A stretch of 64,000 nt of DNA. Origin: Tubiluchus corallicola. Taxonomy: Eukaryota; Animalia; Priapulida. Below, one piece after another: positions 11,079 to 21,917 of the stretch. The translations under genes were made by a program, and so were the position numbers. The notes beneath the pieces were generated by a model that was given only the letters and a program-made list of their open reading frames with translations, was not told the origin of the DNA and did no database searches. How positions within the stretch are numbered: position 1 is the stretch's first letter; each line of letters begins with the position of its first letter. The stretch spans positions 133,146 to 197,145 of the forward strand of contig JAQGDQ010000440.1 in the NCBI GenBank assembly GCA_030141605.1, read 5' to 3'.

Positions 11079-12089
11079 TTACAAGCCTACATTCGAATAA
11101 TCCATCCTGACCCCCTTATACTTTTCTGCAATTGAATCAAGTACACAAAAGACCTCACTCAACTCAATTGCGCGTAGCAGTCTTATGCGCGTATCTCTAA
11201 AACCATGAAGATTAGGAAAATAACGCGCAAAGTGGCGACGCATTTCAAGTATAGCTCTTCTTTTATCATCTTTCCATGCCAATGACTGCTCCAGTTGCTC
11301 TTTAACACTTGCCACAACCTCCTCCACCATAGGTGAAGGCAACATTTCACCAGTATCAAGGTAGTGGCGCACTTCCCTAAATATCCACGGCCGGCCTATC
11401 GCCCCCCTGCCAATCATCAATGCATCAACACCCGACATATCAAGGAATTGCTTTGCCCTTTCCGGGCTATTTATATCACCATTCCCTATAAGTGGTATCT
11501 TAAGGCGGGGATTATTTTTCACCTCTGCTATCATCTGCCAATCAGCCTCCCCTTTATACAACTGTTTCCTCGTGCGCCCATGCAGTGTAAGAGCACTTAT
11601 TCCCACATCCTGCAGCCTTTCTGAAACCTCAACGGCTGGCTTGTCATTATCATCCCACCCAAGGCGAGTTTTAGCTGTAACAGGAAGCTTGACAGTCTTA
11701 ACAATCTTTTCAGCCATCTTTATCATTTTAGGAATATCACGCAGCAACCCTGCCCCAGCACCTCTACTTGCGATTTTCCTCATAGGACAACCAAAATTTA
11801 TGTCAATATAGTCAGGAGCAACATCCTCTGCAATTTTGGCAGCACGAACCATCGCATCCACGTCTGAACCATAAATCTGAATTGCTACCGGGCGGTCAAA
11901 ATCAAATATCGTCATTTTACGTCTCGTCTTTTCCACGTCTCGAATTATCGCCTCAGAAGCAATAAACTCCGTACACATAACATCCGCTCCATGCCTCTTA
12001 CACATATAACGAAATGACTTATACGTTACATCCTCCATAGGAGCCAAAAACAGTGGTACCTGCCCCAATTCTATATTCCCTATATTCAC
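11079..12089 (-). CDS. dusB: tRNA-dihydrouridine synthase B
   Basis: LAPMEDVT, DINFGCP, HGRTR, GNGDI, MIGRGAIGRPWIF. Confidence 0.93.
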   Translation of the reverse strand: MNIGNIELGQVPLFLAPMEDVTYKSFRYMCKRHGADVMCTEFIASEAIIRDVEKTRRKMTIFDFDRPVAIQIYGSDVDAMVRAAKIAEDVAPDYIDINFGCPMRKIASRGAGAGLLRDIPKMIKMAEKIVKTVKLPVTAKTRLGWDDNDKPAVEVSERLQDVGISALTLHGRTRKQLYKGEADWQMIAEVKNNPRLKIPLIGNGDINSPERAKQFLDMSGVDALMIGRGAIGRPWIFREVRHYLDTGEMLPSPMVEEVVASVKEQLEQSLAWKDDKRRAILEMRRHFARYFPNLHGFRDTRIRLLRAIELSEVFCVLDSIAEKYKGVRMDYSNVGL

Positions 12090-12168
12090 AGCCTACAAGC
12101 ATGTTGATTGCCGGGCAAAGATAAAAAATTGTCAAAAATATGACTATCTTTACACCAAACAGTTAGGT

Positions 12169-13080
12169 ATGAATATATTTCATCACTTACGTAATTCAAC
12201 ACCATTTAATAAACTAACTTTTACTGCACTAGCGGTAACAATTTGTGCAGTACTGGCATTGATACTTACTACTCTTGGTGCATATATTCTTTTTGGCCTG
12301 TCAGTGGAGGAGACCCACTCAGCGGGCACCTCTCTAAATCCGGAAAATGTGGTTATGCTAAAATTTTCCCAAACTGTGCAGAGTATCTTCATATTTATCA
12401 TACCCTCTATCCTTATAGCTTTTGTACTAAGCGATTCGCCTGCAAAATTTCTTCGGGTAAACCGTATATCAACAGTAAAAAATATTTTACTTGCAATCGC
12501 TATAACCTATTGTGCTCACCCTGCAATTAATCTGCTGGTAGAGGTAAACATGCAAATGAAGCTACCACACTGGATGGGGGGAGTAGAAGAGCGGTTTCTC
12601 AATTGGCAAGAACATACAGATTCAATAACAACAGCATTTCTTTCTGTTGGCAATCTTTGGGGAGTAGCATTCAATATATTTATGATCGCACTTCTTCCTG
12701 CCATAGGTGAAGAGATGCTTTTCAGAGGAGTAGTACAGCGCTTATTCTATGAATGGATAAACAACCACCACGCAGCTATCTGGATATCAGCAGCTATTTT
12801 TAGTGCATTACATCTGCAATTTTACGGCTTTATGCCCCGAATGGTGCTGGGTGGAATGTTTGGCTACATGTTTGCATGGAGCGGCTCATTATGGGTTCCA
12901 GTAATAGCCCATTTTATTAACAATGCTTTAGCTGTTGTGATATACTATACCTGTGGAGAGACGGCTACAGGATTAGGAAGCAAAGACAATATATACCCTG
13001 CATTTATAAGCTTCATTATTGTTATCGCGCTAATGCGGATATTATATCTTTATGGGAAAAAGACACAGGCGCAGAGATAG
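12169..13080 (+). CDS. CPBP (CAAX/Abi) family intramembrane metalloprotease
   Basis: EEMLFRG, FSALH, AHFINN. Confidence 0.9.
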   Translation: MNIFHHLRNSTPFNKLTFTALAVTICAVLALILTTLGAYILFGLSVEETHSAGTSLNPENVVMLKFSQTVQSIFIFIIPSILIAFVLSDSPAKFLRVNRISTVKNILLAIAITYCAHPAINLLVEVNMQMKLPHWMGGVEERFLNWQEHTDSITTAFLSVGNLWGVAFNIFMIALLPAIGEEMLFRGVVQRLFYEWINNHHAAIWISAAIFSALHLQFYGFMPRMVLGGMFGYMFAWSGSLWVPVIAHFINNALAVVIYYTCGETATGLGSKDNIYPAFISFIIVIALMRILYLYGKKTQAQR

Positions 13081-13284
13081 TAAATAATAAAGAGCCTCTG
13101 TGTTTCTAGCTCCTTTATATTTGCAACTGATTCTATACTTCCAAGTGCATAAAAAGCCTCTTTAAGCTTTCACCTAATCTGTCAATATGAATCTTCACTT
13201 CATTTAGCACTTGTATTTCTCTAAAAAAATATGTCAATAAGTTATTTTAGCACTAAAATATAGGTTATTTTATATCTTGACACA

Positions 13285-13417
13285 TGCGCGAGGCGAAAGA
13301 TTTTAGCTCAGTTTAAAGAAAAACTCGATAAAAATCATAGTTTACCTAGCATAAATGAGTATTTTGAAGAGGGTTTTGATAAAAATATTAATTTAAAAGG
13401 TGAATTTTACAAAACTC
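13285..13417 (+). repeat. Element A copy
   Basis: AGGCGAAAGATTTTAG ... AGTTTACCTAGCATAAATGAGTATTTTGAAGAGGGTTTTGATAAAAATATTAAT. Confidence 0.85.
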
Positions 13418-13471
13418 TCTTAAAAACTGGAAAAATTACTCCAAATATGTGTTAACAGACACTGTGAGCAG

Positions 13472-15703
13472 ATGAAAAAAACTCTCATCTTTATATTTGT
13501 TGTTGTACTCTCTGTACATTCGGCTTTTTCGCAAACGGATGAAAAAAGGAGTACCCCTAAAATAGGGCTGGTTTTGAGTGGCGGTGGTGCAAAAGGATTT
13601 GCGCATATTGGCGCATTAAAAGTCATCGAAGAAGCCGGTATACCTATAGATTATATTGCAGGAACAAGCATTGGTAGTATAATAGGGGGGCTTTATGCCA
13701 TGGGATATCGTGCAGAAGAACTGGAGAAGCTCATTAAAAGTCAGGACTGGCGTAAACTGTTAAGTGATAATATCGACAGGCGGCACATGTCTGTACTTGA
13801 GAAAAAATACGAAGATAGGTACTTACTTAAACTCCCTATTCATTCAAAAGGAATTTTGCTTCCAGCTGGTATTGTTGAAGGGCATAACTTAATAGATCTT
13901 TTTTCATACCTGTCACTAGATTTCCATAATGTATCTGATTTTTCAGAATTGCCAATTCCTTTTTTATGCGTCGCTACAGATCTGGAAACAGGAGAAGAGG
14001 TAGTGCAAAAGCAAGGGTTTTTGCCACTTGCAATCCGCTCAAGTATGGCTATTCCTGCTATTTTTTCTGCAGTCGAAATCAATAACAAGCTTTTAGTTGA
14101 CGGGGGTATTGTCAATAATTTTCCTGTAGACAGGTGTTTGGAAATGGGAGCAGACATCATTATAGGAGTTAATATACACCCAACTCTCAATTCTAAAGAA
14201 AACCTACACGACATTTCTGATGTAATGGGACAGCTTATAAATATGGTAATACTAAATGAACGATATCTCAAAAATATAGCTAATACTGACGTCTACATAT
14301 GTCCCAACATCACAGATTTTTCAGCCGCCAGTTTTAATTCCCAAGCTGCTGACACTTTGATTGAGCGAGGAGTGATGGCCGCAAAAGAAGTGCTACCACA
14401 GCTAATTCACTTAAGAGATTCACTTGGGCTTAAGCCTAATAAAATTAAACACATTGGCTTTCCTAAATATGACAGGATGATCAAAATTGACAATATAACA
14501 GCTAGTGGGGTAGACCACAAAAAAATTCCATTTTTTTATGGGAAGATGGGAATCAAAAAAGGAGACAGTATTTCACTAGGTGACTTTAGGAAAGGAATAT
14601 CCAAAATATATGGAAGCATGGGATTTAATAATGTAGAATATCACTTAAATAGGGAGGAGGAAAACACTCTTGAGCTAAAATTAAACAGGCATAAAAGTGT
14701 AAGCGTGAACTTTGGGCTGCACTACAATACAGATGAAAATGCTGCTCTGTTAATAAATGCAACTATCAGGGGTAAAAGCAACCCCGGTTCAATGCTTTCA
14801 TTTGATGGAATATTAACAGACCAACCTGCCGCTTCTGTACGGTACATTCTTAATAATGGATGGAAGCCCGGGCTTTTTTTAGAGGGCAATTTTCGTAATG
14901 AAGGCGCAAAAATACCCAGCTATGGTAGCTTCATCGGTAACAAAAGCATCCAGGAGTTGAACCTTCAGGTTGCTACACACTCAATACTGTTTAACGCATT
15001 TAGAGTGACAGCGGGAGCAGAGGTAAATAAAGTGTACACTGAAAGTTCAATTGGGCTAGAAGAAGACCTTATTGGTCTTGATAGCGAAGAGACCTTCTTC
15101 AACTATATACTTAAAATAAATATTGACAACCTGAACAGCCCGGTATACCCTATACAAGGCTGGAAAATGGATGTTGCAGCAACAATTGGAACAGATGATG
15201 GCTTGACATACAAGAAAGAACTACCGTTTGGGATACTTAGCTTCTCACTTTTAAAGCCTGTTATAATCTCCCCTTCGTTTACCCTTGTACCACACTTTTA
15301 CGGTAGATTAGCTTTGGGAAGCAATGTACCCGACTTTTATCAAACACACTTTGGGGGATTTTACCCATTTGGAGCACACCATAACAGTATTCCTTTTATA
15401 GGGTTGAGACGCATGGAGTATTCAGCGTCTAATGTAGTAGCATTCAGGATGGATTTACGTTACAATGTGTCAAAAAATATTTATGCTTCACTAATACCAA
15501 ATATTGGGATCTACAGCCTTAACAGCTACAGCATTCAGGATCCAAACTCTCTAGATAATGTAATTGCAGATAGTGTAATATTTGGTGGAGGAGGTATTAT
15601 GGCATCATACGATAGCTATATAGGGCCTATTGAAATCATAATCTCTACTTCGAGCCTTCGAAAAAAACTGACAAGCTATGTATCTGTTGGATATTATTTC
15701 TAA
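13472..15703 (+). CDS. Patatin-like phospholipase with POTRA and beta-barrel (PlpD/type Vd-like)
   Basis: Signal peptide, GGGAKG, GTSIG, DGG; C-terminal YVSVGYYF barrel signature. Confidence 0.88.
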   Translation: MKKTLIFIFVVVLSVHSAFSQTDEKRSTPKIGLVLSGGGAKGFAHIGALKVIEEAGIPIDYIAGTSIGSIIGGLYAMGYRAEELEKLIKSQDWRKLLSDNIDRRHMSVLEKKYEDRYLLKLPIHSKGILLPAGIVEGHNLIDLFSYLSLDFHNVSDFSELPIPFLCVATDLETGEEVVQKQGFLPLAIRSSMAIPAIFSAVEINNKLLVDGGIVNNFPVDRCLEMGADIIIGVNIHPTLNSKENLHDISDVMGQLINMVILNERYLKNIANTDVYICPNITDFSAASFNSQAADTLIERGVMAAKEVLPQLIHLRDSLGLKPNKIKHIGFPKYDRMIKIDNITASGVDHKKIPFFYGKMGIKKGDSISLGDFRKGISKIYGSMGFNNVEYHLNREEENTLELKLNRHKSVSVNFGLHYNTDENAALLINATIRGKSNPGSMLSFDGILTDQPAASVRYILNNGWKPGLFLEGNFRNEGAKIPSYGSFIGNKSIQELNLQVATHSILFNAFRVTAGAEVNKVYTESSIGLEEDLIGLDSEETFFNYILKINIDNLNSPVYPIQGWKMDVAATIGTDDGLTYKKELPFGILSFSLLKPVIISPSFTLVPHFYGRLALGSNVPDFYQTHFGGFYPFGAHHNSIPFIGLRRMEYSASNVVAFRMDLRYNVSKNIYASLIPNIGIYSLNSYSIQDPNSLDNVIADSVIFGGGGIMASYDSYIGPIEIIISTSSLRKKLTSYVSVGYYF

Positions 15704-15717
15704 TTAAAAATATAAAT

Positions 15718-17229
15718 ATGAATATTTATACTTATAAAAAAACAGGACTCAACAAACGAGCAAAAACCTGCTGCAAACCTGTAAAGTTGTTACCATACTT
15801 TTTAATGTGTCAGGCAGTCTTAACCTCAACATTACTCTTTGGGCAGGCAATCGAAAAAACATATAGCTATGAAGTACCTGAGCATGAAACAGCGGTTATC
15901 TCTCTTTACGCATTCAACATTACTGAGAATAAAACCCTTGCGGAGACGCCTCAAAAAAGTCTTATACCTGCTTCAACCGTAAAACTGATAACCACCGCAA
16001 CCGCACTTGAGATACTTGGGGCAGATTACCGTTTTGAAACAACACTGGAGTATTCTGGAGAAATAGATATTGCAGATAAAACACTTAATGGGAGCCTGTA
16101 TATCAGAGGAGGAGGAGATCCCGCGTTTTACTCAGAATATTTTAGTGAACACTATAAAGGAACATTTGAAAAGTGGGCAAAAAGCTTGAAAAAATTAGGA
16201 GTAAAAAAGATTACGGGAGATATTGTGGCAGATAACTCTATACTAAATGGACGACAGCCGGTTCCTGGAGGATGGGCATGGGAAGATATAGGTAATTACT
16301 ATGGAGCGGGTATCTACGGACTCACATTCGCTGATAATCTTTACCGCATACACTTCAATTCAGAAAAACAGTCCGGCACTCAGGTAGAAATATCGAGTAT
16401 TGAACCCGAAATTAACGGGCTGGTATTAGATAATCACGTAAAATCGTCTGATACAAATAAAGACCTGGCCTATATATATTCTGCTCCGGGATCCTACTAC
16501 CAAACAGTTGCAGGGACAATTCCCAGTAGTCGCAAAAGATTCACAATAAAAGGGGCAATGCCAAACCCACCACTAGAAGCAGTAAAGGCTTTTCGCAAAA
16601 TATTAACAAAAAAAGGAATTATAATAGAAGGAATCGACAAAGTAGAAAACCACAGTAGTGGTAACAGAAATATTGCATGTACTAAAAAATCACCTGCAAT
16701 AGGTGATCTGATTTTACCCCTGAATAAAGAAAGCCTGAATCTCTTTGCCGAGCATGTACTGTGCGAGATAGGGCGAACAGTAAAAGGTAGTACATCTATT
16801 AAGCTGGCACTGGAAACCCTCGTTGAGCACTGGGAAAAGAACAAAGTATTTCTTGATGGGTTTTATATGACAGATGGAAGTGGCCTTTCTCGCTCCAATG
16901 CTATTTGTCCCCGCACTTTAGTGGAGATAATGGTGAAAATGAAAAAGAGTAAAAACTCAAAATTATTTTTCTCATCACTTCCTGTTGCAGGACAAACAGG
17001 AACTCTTCAGTATTACTTTAAGGGAACGCCCCTGGAGGGTAATATGGCTGCAAAAACAGGATCAATGGGAAAAGTAAGAAGCTTGGCAGGTATATTTAAA
17101 AATATTGAAGGACACGTAGTGGCTTTTACTGTAATAGTCAATAACTTTGACGGCTCATCTCACCAGATGGGGGAAAAACTGGAGCCTATACTACTAAAAC
17201 TTTACCATAAGAAGACCTCCAAAAGTTGA
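15718..17229 (+). CDS. dacB: D-alanyl-D-alanine carboxypeptidase/endopeptidase PBP4 (peptidase S13)
   Basis: PASTVK (SxxK), ESLN (SxN), DGSGLSR, AKTGS (KTG). Confidence 0.92.
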   Translation: MNIYTYKKTGLNKRAKTCCKPVKLLPYFLMCQAVLTSTLLFGQAIEKTYSYEVPEHETAVISLYAFNITENKTLAETPQKSLIPASTVKLITTATALEILGADYRFETTLEYSGEIDIADKTLNGSLYIRGGGDPAFYSEYFSEHYKGTFEKWAKSLKKLGVKKITGDIVADNSILNGRQPVPGGWAWEDIGNYYGAGIYGLTFADNLYRIHFNSEKQSGTQVEISSIEPEINGLVLDNHVKSSDTNKDLAYIYSAPGSYYQTVAGTIPSSRKRFTIKGAMPNPPLEAVKAFRKILTKKGIIIEGIDKVENHSSGNRNIACTKKSPAIGDLILPLNKESLNLFAEHVLCEIGRTVKGSTSIKLALETLVEHWEKNKVFLDGFYMTDGSGLSRSNAICPRTLVEIMVKMKKSKNSKLFFSSLPVAGQTGTLQYYFKGTPLEGNMAAKTGSMGKVRSLAGIFKNIEGHVVAFTVIVNNFDGSSHQMGEKLEPILLKLYHKKTSKS

Positions 17230-17288
17230 CTTCTTTTTGGTGGAGAGGGTGGTTTCAATGCGTTAAAACCCGGCAATTGACAATCTGA

Positions 17289-17383
17289 AACCTTCACAGA
17301 GGCTCATCTCTTTATTAATATTTTTGTCCTGCAAAAGTTTCAAAACCTGCCCAACTTTTTAAACCGCTCAATCTTACAAAGAA
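17289..17383 (-). repeat. Element A copy, internally deleted
   Basis: Reverse complement ends ACAAAAATATTAATAAAGAGATGAGCCTCTGTGAAGG. Confidence 0.6.
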
Positions 17384-17436
17384 AAGACTACATTTATAAA
17401 CATTTAAAGCTGGCTTCGGATAAAATAGAAACAAAT

Positions 17437-18015
17437 ATGGACCCTATTAAATATAAAGCGATAGAAAAGGCCGTGTATTACGACCTTAGCCTTCATCCAA
17501 AAGCAAGCTTGAAAGATTTATACAAAAATTTTTTTCAAGATAGCTACGGGGCTGGACACCTGATCGAAAATGAAGATAAAGCTCTAAACTATCTTAAAAA
17601 GGAGATTCGCTACTCAACCAAATTTGAAAACCACAACTATCATATTCTGGGGTATAAACATCAATTTGTGAGACTAAACCTTAAGCTTTTAAAAGATGGC
17701 ACAGTACCACTAGCAGTTTTCTTCCCTCTTTTTCTGGAAAGTGTAAGCTCCATGAAAATTCCACCAATAGAGAGCTGGAAGCAAGAGTGGAAGGCTATTG
17801 AATCAGTTATTCTTAAAATGGATCTACAACTCGAAAATGTACATGATGACATAGGTACAATAGCACTCATGCACAAAAAAGGGGAATACGTAGGGCATCA
17901 CAGTAGCGCTTATGAAAAACTATACCACCCACATTACCGTATAATTGATCGCGAAAGATTTGAGATCATCAAAAAAAAATACCTGAAAAGCAGTACGCTT
18001 TTGCCATCCGACTGA
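17437..18015 (+). CDS. Hypothetical protein
   Basis: 192-aa ORF with DLYKNFFQDSYGAGHLI and HHSSAYEKLYHPHYRII; no function recognised. Confidence 0.75.
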   Translation: MDPIKYKAIEKAVYYDLSLHPKASLKDLYKNFFQDSYGAGHLIENEDKALNYLKKEIRYSTKFENHNYHILGYKHQFVRLNLKLLKDGTVPLAVFFPLFLESVSSMKIPPIESWKQEWKAIESVILKMDLQLENVHDDIGTIALMHKKGEYVGHHSSAYEKLYHPHYRIIDRERFEIIKKKYLKSSTLLPSD

Positions 18016-18033
18016 CAATATAAATGACACATG

Positions 18034-18603
18034 TCATACCCCTCCCAGCTCACTATGCCTGAAGCAGCTCACAATATGGTCATTTACCATACCTGTGGCC
18101 TGCATATATGAGTAAACTATAGTAGGGCCAACAAATGAGAACCCTTTAGTCATTAAATCTTTGGATATTTTTTGTGACAAAGCTGTTTGAACAGGTACCT
18201 CACCCATATTGTGAAAATTATTCTGAACAGGCCTCCCACCAACAAAATCCCATATATATTGGCTAAAACTACCGTACCTGTCCTGGATATTAAGAAAGGC
18301 TTTTGCATTTTTTATCGCTGAGACTATCTTTAACCTGTTCCTGATAATCCCGTCATCTCTCAACAAATTATCAACTCTGTATTTATCCCATCTGGCAATC
18401 TTTTCAGGGTCAAAGTTATCATAAGCGAAATAGTATGCACTCCTTTTTCGAAGTATCGTTGCCCAACTCAGTCCTGCCTGCGCTCCCTCAAGAATTAAAA
18501 ATTCAAAAAGCTTTAGGTCTTCATACACAGGGACACCCCACTCTACATCATGATACCGGATACACCTCTCATCAGCTGTCACCCAGCCACATCTATTTAT
18601 CAT
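18034..18603 (-). CDS. tag: DNA-3-methyladenine glycosylase I
   Basis: RCGW, YHDVEWG, LEGAQAGLSW, IIRNRLKI, NDHIVSCF. Confidence 0.95.
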   Translation of the reverse strand: MINRCGWVTADERCIRYHDVEWGVPVYEDLKLFEFLILEGAQAGLSWATILRKRSAYYFAYDNFDPEKIARWDKYRVDNLLRDDGIIRNRLKIVSAIKNAKAFLNIQDRYGSFSQYIWDFVGGRPVQNNFHNMGEVPVQTALSQKISKDLMTKGFSFVGPTIVYSYMQATGMVNDHIVSCFRHSELGGV

Positions 18604-18744
18604 TTTACTATCTCCTTATAATTTCCCATTCCAAAAATAAAAAAATAGTAAATTTGCCAACCTGCAATTAACTACTTTAGAGCCATACCCAACCGTTCTA
18701 TCGTGTTTCGCAGATAATTCGTATTTTTCACAAAATTTTTCTTT

Positions 18745-19485
18745 ATGAATGCTGCTAGTAGTATTGGGAAGTATATTATGCTGATGGGAAAGGTTTTTAG
18801 CAAACCAGAAAAATACCGTGTTTATCTGCGTCAACTACTTTTCGAAATTGAAAAACTGGGTGTCAATTCTGTAGGAATTGTTGTTATTATATCCGTCTTT
18901 ATGGGGGGAATCATAACACTCCAAATTGCATATAACATGTCATACCCGCTTATGCCCTCATATCTAATTGGCCTGGGAAATCGGGATACGCTTATTCTTG
19001 AATTCTCATCAACGATACTAAGTCTTATGCTTGCCGGGAAGGTTGGTTCTCACATAGCAACAGAGATAGGCAGTATGCGGGTTACAGAGCAGATTGACTC
19101 AATGGAGATAATGGGGGTAAATTCCGCATCATTTCTTATTCTTCCCAAAATAGTCGCAGTGGTGCTTATCAGTCCACTTCTCTTTATCCTTAGCGTAACA
19201 CTTGGGCTAGTGGGAGGATGGATCGCAGGCCCAGCAGTAGGAGTAATATCAACATCCCAGTATCTCGAAGGTATAACATATGCCTTTAACACTGCATATG
19301 TTAAATTTTCAATGCTAAAGACGCTTGCTTTTGGATTTCTTATCGCTTCTATCTCTTCATACTTTGGCTACTATGTTAAGGGAGGTGCACTTGAAGTAGG
19401 TCGTGCAAGTACCAAAGCAGTAGTAACTACCAGCATTTTTATCCTATTTTTTGACCTTGTTCTCACTCAACTATTCTTCAAATGA
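18745..19485 (+). CDS. mlaE: MlaE family ABC transporter permease
   Basis: EIGSMRVTEQIDSMEIMG and GGALEVGRASTKAVV. Confidence 0.9.
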   Translation: MNAASSIGKYIMLMGKVFSKPEKYRVYLRQLLFEIEKLGVNSVGIVVIISVFMGGIITLQIAYNMSYPLMPSYLIGLGNRDTLILEFSSTILSLMLAGKVGSHIATEIGSMRVTEQIDSMEIMGVNSASFLILPKIVAVVLISPLLFILSVTLGLVGGWIAGPAVGVISTSQYLEGITYAFNTAYVKFSMLKTLAFGFLIASISSYFGYYVKGGALEVGRASTKAVVTTSIFILFFDLVLTQLFFK

Positions 19486-20249
19486 TAGAAATTCGTAATG
19501 TAATAAAGTCATTCGAAGGGAGAGAGGTACTTAAAAGCATTTCCACTACTTTTGAAAAAGGCAAAACAAACCTTATAATAGGGCAAAGTGGTTCGGGAAA
19601 GACCGTTCTGTTAAAATCAATTGTGGGACTGATTCAAATTGATTGTGGCGAAATCCTTTTGAATAGCGTAAACACAGGAGGACTGAGCTTCAGTGAAACA
19701 AAGTCATTGAGAAAAAAGATGGGAATGGTCTTTCAGGGAGGTGCACTTTTTGACTCCCTGAACGTAGAGGAAAATGTCCGCTTCCCACTTGACATGTTTA
19801 CAAATGACAGTGAAAAGGAAAAAATTAAACAAGTCAACTTTTGCCTTGATAGAGTAAACATTAAGGATGCAAACAAGCTATACCCCTCAGAAATATCAGG
19901 AGGAATGAGAAAGCGTGTTGCAATTGCTCGAGCAATATCTCTGCGCCCCAAATATCTGTTTTGTGATGAGCCCAACTCCGGCCTTGACCCGGTTACATCT
20001 ATTGTTATTGACAATCTCATAAAAGATATTACCACTGACTTTAACATCACAACAGTAGTAAACACCCACGATATGAATTCTGTTATTGAAATAGGTGATA
20101 ATATTCTTTTTATCGCCGAAGGAGAAAAATGCTGGGAAGGCAATAAAAATGAAGTGCTTAATACAAATAATAAAAAACTAAATGCTTTTGTGTTTGCATC
20201 ACCTCTATCAAAAGAGATTCGCGATATAAAACAGAACAAGAAAAAGTAG
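19482..20249 (+). CDS. mlaF: MlaF-like ABC transporter ATP-binding protein
   Basis: GQSGSGKT, ISGGMRKRV, DEPNSGLDP; ATGA overlap with mlaE. Confidence 0.9.
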   Translation: MIEIRNVIKSFEGREVLKSISTTFEKGKTNLIIGQSGSGKTVLLKSIVGLIQIDCGEILLNSVNTGGLSFSETKSLRKKMGMVFQGGALFDSLNVEENVRFPLDMFTNDSEKEKIKQVNFCLDRVNIKDANKLYPSEISGGMRKRVAIARAISLRPKYLFCDEPNSGLDPVTSIVIDNLIKDITTDFNITTVVNTHDMNSVIEIGDNILFIAEGEKCWEGNKNEVLNTNNKKLNAFVFASPLSKEIRDIKQNKKK

Positions 20250-20281
20250 CTATCACAGATTTTATGTAAAAACATCTGCTA

Positions 20282-20641
20282 ATGAAGAAATATATACAAA
20301 TATCACTACTCTTTTTGCTATTGTTCCTATCCTCTTGCTTGTCGAAAGAAAGAAGACCCAAAGGGGTACTAAAAAAAGAACAACTATCAGAAATAATTGT
20401 CGATATTCACATAGCCAATGCGCTGAACAAACAGCGTGTAAAACTTAAATTACCCGAAAACAATATATCGAAAGAGATTTACTTGTCAGTGTGTAAAAAA
20501 CATGATGTCTCCGAAGATGTTTTTGAAAACTCAATAATATATTATGGGAAAAATCCCAAAGAATATGAAAAAGTGTATGACCTAGTTCTAAACAAACTCA
20601 ACGAAATGGAAGAGATAGTAAAAAGTGAGGAGAAAGAGTGA
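20282..20641 (+). CDS. Lipoprotein, DUF4296-like
   Basis: Lipobox LSSC; IIVDIHIA ... FENSIIYY pattern. Confidence 0.7.
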   Translation: MKKYIQISLLFLLLFLSSCLSKERRPKGVLKKEQLSEIIVDIHIANALNKQRVKLKLPENNISKEIYLSVCKKHDVSEDVFENSIIYYGKNPKEYEKVYDLVLNKLNEMEEIVKSEEKE

Positions 20642-20690
20642 CTTAAATCTTAACGAACAGATATAGAATATAAATAAAGGCCTATAGGCT

Positions 20691-21881
20691 ATGCGTAAAA
20701 TTTCGGCGCATTACGTTTTTACTGCAACTGGTAGTATACTGAAAAATGGAATTGTTGTAACGGACAACAGCGGAAAGATAGTTGATATCATTGACAACAA
20801 TGGTGTTACACGTGAATATGCAGGAGTTGAGTTTTATAATGGAATTATAACGCCGGGGTTTATAAATACCCACTGTCACCTTGAACTCTCACACCTCAAA
20901 GGGACATTTCATGAAAAAGAAGGATTACCAGCATTTATCAAGCATATCACAAGCAGAGATAAAAATGATGAAAAATCCGCTGCAAAAGAGGCATACAGGG
21001 CAGATAATGAAATGTATAGAAATGGAATTGTTGCAGTGGGAGATATCTCAAATAGTGATGCCTCTTTTCCCATTAAGAAAAACTCAAAAATATTTTATCA
21101 CACATTTATTGAAGCAATTGGCTTCTCTCCTAAACATGCAGAAGAGCATTTTAGCAATTCAAAAAAACTACTTTCCCTCGCTGTAAAAAGTGGCTTGTCG
21201 GGTTCAATATCCCCGCACGCACCTTATTCTGTATCAGAAAAACTTCTTAAACTAATTAAAACTCACTCGGAAAAAACCGGACATATCATCTCTATGCATA
21301 ACCAGGAAAGCAATGCAGAAAATGACCTGTTCATTAGGAAGCAGGGGGAGATTGCTAAGTACCTGTCTTATACTATCCAGAATAGCTTATCCTCTTTTGC
21401 AGCTTCGGGTAAAAGCTCATTTCTCACAATAGAGAAGCTGCTGCCCAGGAAAAATAACCTTTTACTAGTGCACAATATTTATACAGGGAAGAAAGAGATT
21501 GATATTATAAAAAAAAGTAGAAAAAATAGGGTTTGGCTTGTAATTTGTCCCAATTCAAATCTTTTTATTGAAGATCAACTACCTGACATTACACTGTTTA
21601 GGGCAAATGGCATGCAGCTATGTCTAGGGACGGATAGCTACTCATCAAACCACCAGCTGTCAATATTAAGTGAAATGAAAACACTACACAGCATATTTCC
21701 TGAAATACCACTCAACGAGTTGATACAGTGGAGCTCTATCAATGGAGCTAGGGCCATAGGAGTCAACGAGTGGGCAGGCAGTATTGAAATAGGGAAAAAA
21801 CCTGGACTAAATGTAATCTCCGGGCTGGACTTACAACTGCTGAAGGTACTCCCCCGATCAAAAGTACACCGCTTAATTTAG
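20691..21881 (+). CDS. Metal-dependent amidohydrolase (deaminase-like)
   Basis: PGFINTHCHLELS, PHAPYS, LVH, CPNSN, LGTDS. Confidence 0.88.
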   Translation: MRKISAHYVFTATGSILKNGIVVTDNSGKIVDIIDNNGVTREYAGVEFYNGIITPGFINTHCHLELSHLKGTFHEKEGLPAFIKHITSRDKNDEKSAAKEAYRADNEMYRNGIVAVGDISNSDASFPIKKNSKIFYHTFIEAIGFSPKHAEEHFSNSKKLLSLAVKSGLSGSISPHAPYSVSEKLLKLIKTHSEKTGHIISMHNQESNAENDLFIRKQGEIAKYLSYTIQNSLSSFAASGKSSFLTIEKLLPRKNNLLLVHNIYTGKKEIDIIKKSRKNRVWLVICPNSNLFIEDQLPDITLFRANGMQLCLGTDSYSSNHQLSILSEMKTLHSIFPEIPLNELIQWSSINGARAIGVNEWAGSIEIGKKPGLNVISGLDLQLLKVLPRSKVHRLI

Positions 21882-21917
21882 CTCAACATGTGTGTTTTTC
21901 CCATCTTTGCAGTGTAA

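Noticed and set aside
13152-13235. Additional minus-strand element A copy
   Set aside because: Only short AT-rich matches; too degenerate to call by eye. A fragment at about 41065-41108 was left out for the same reason.
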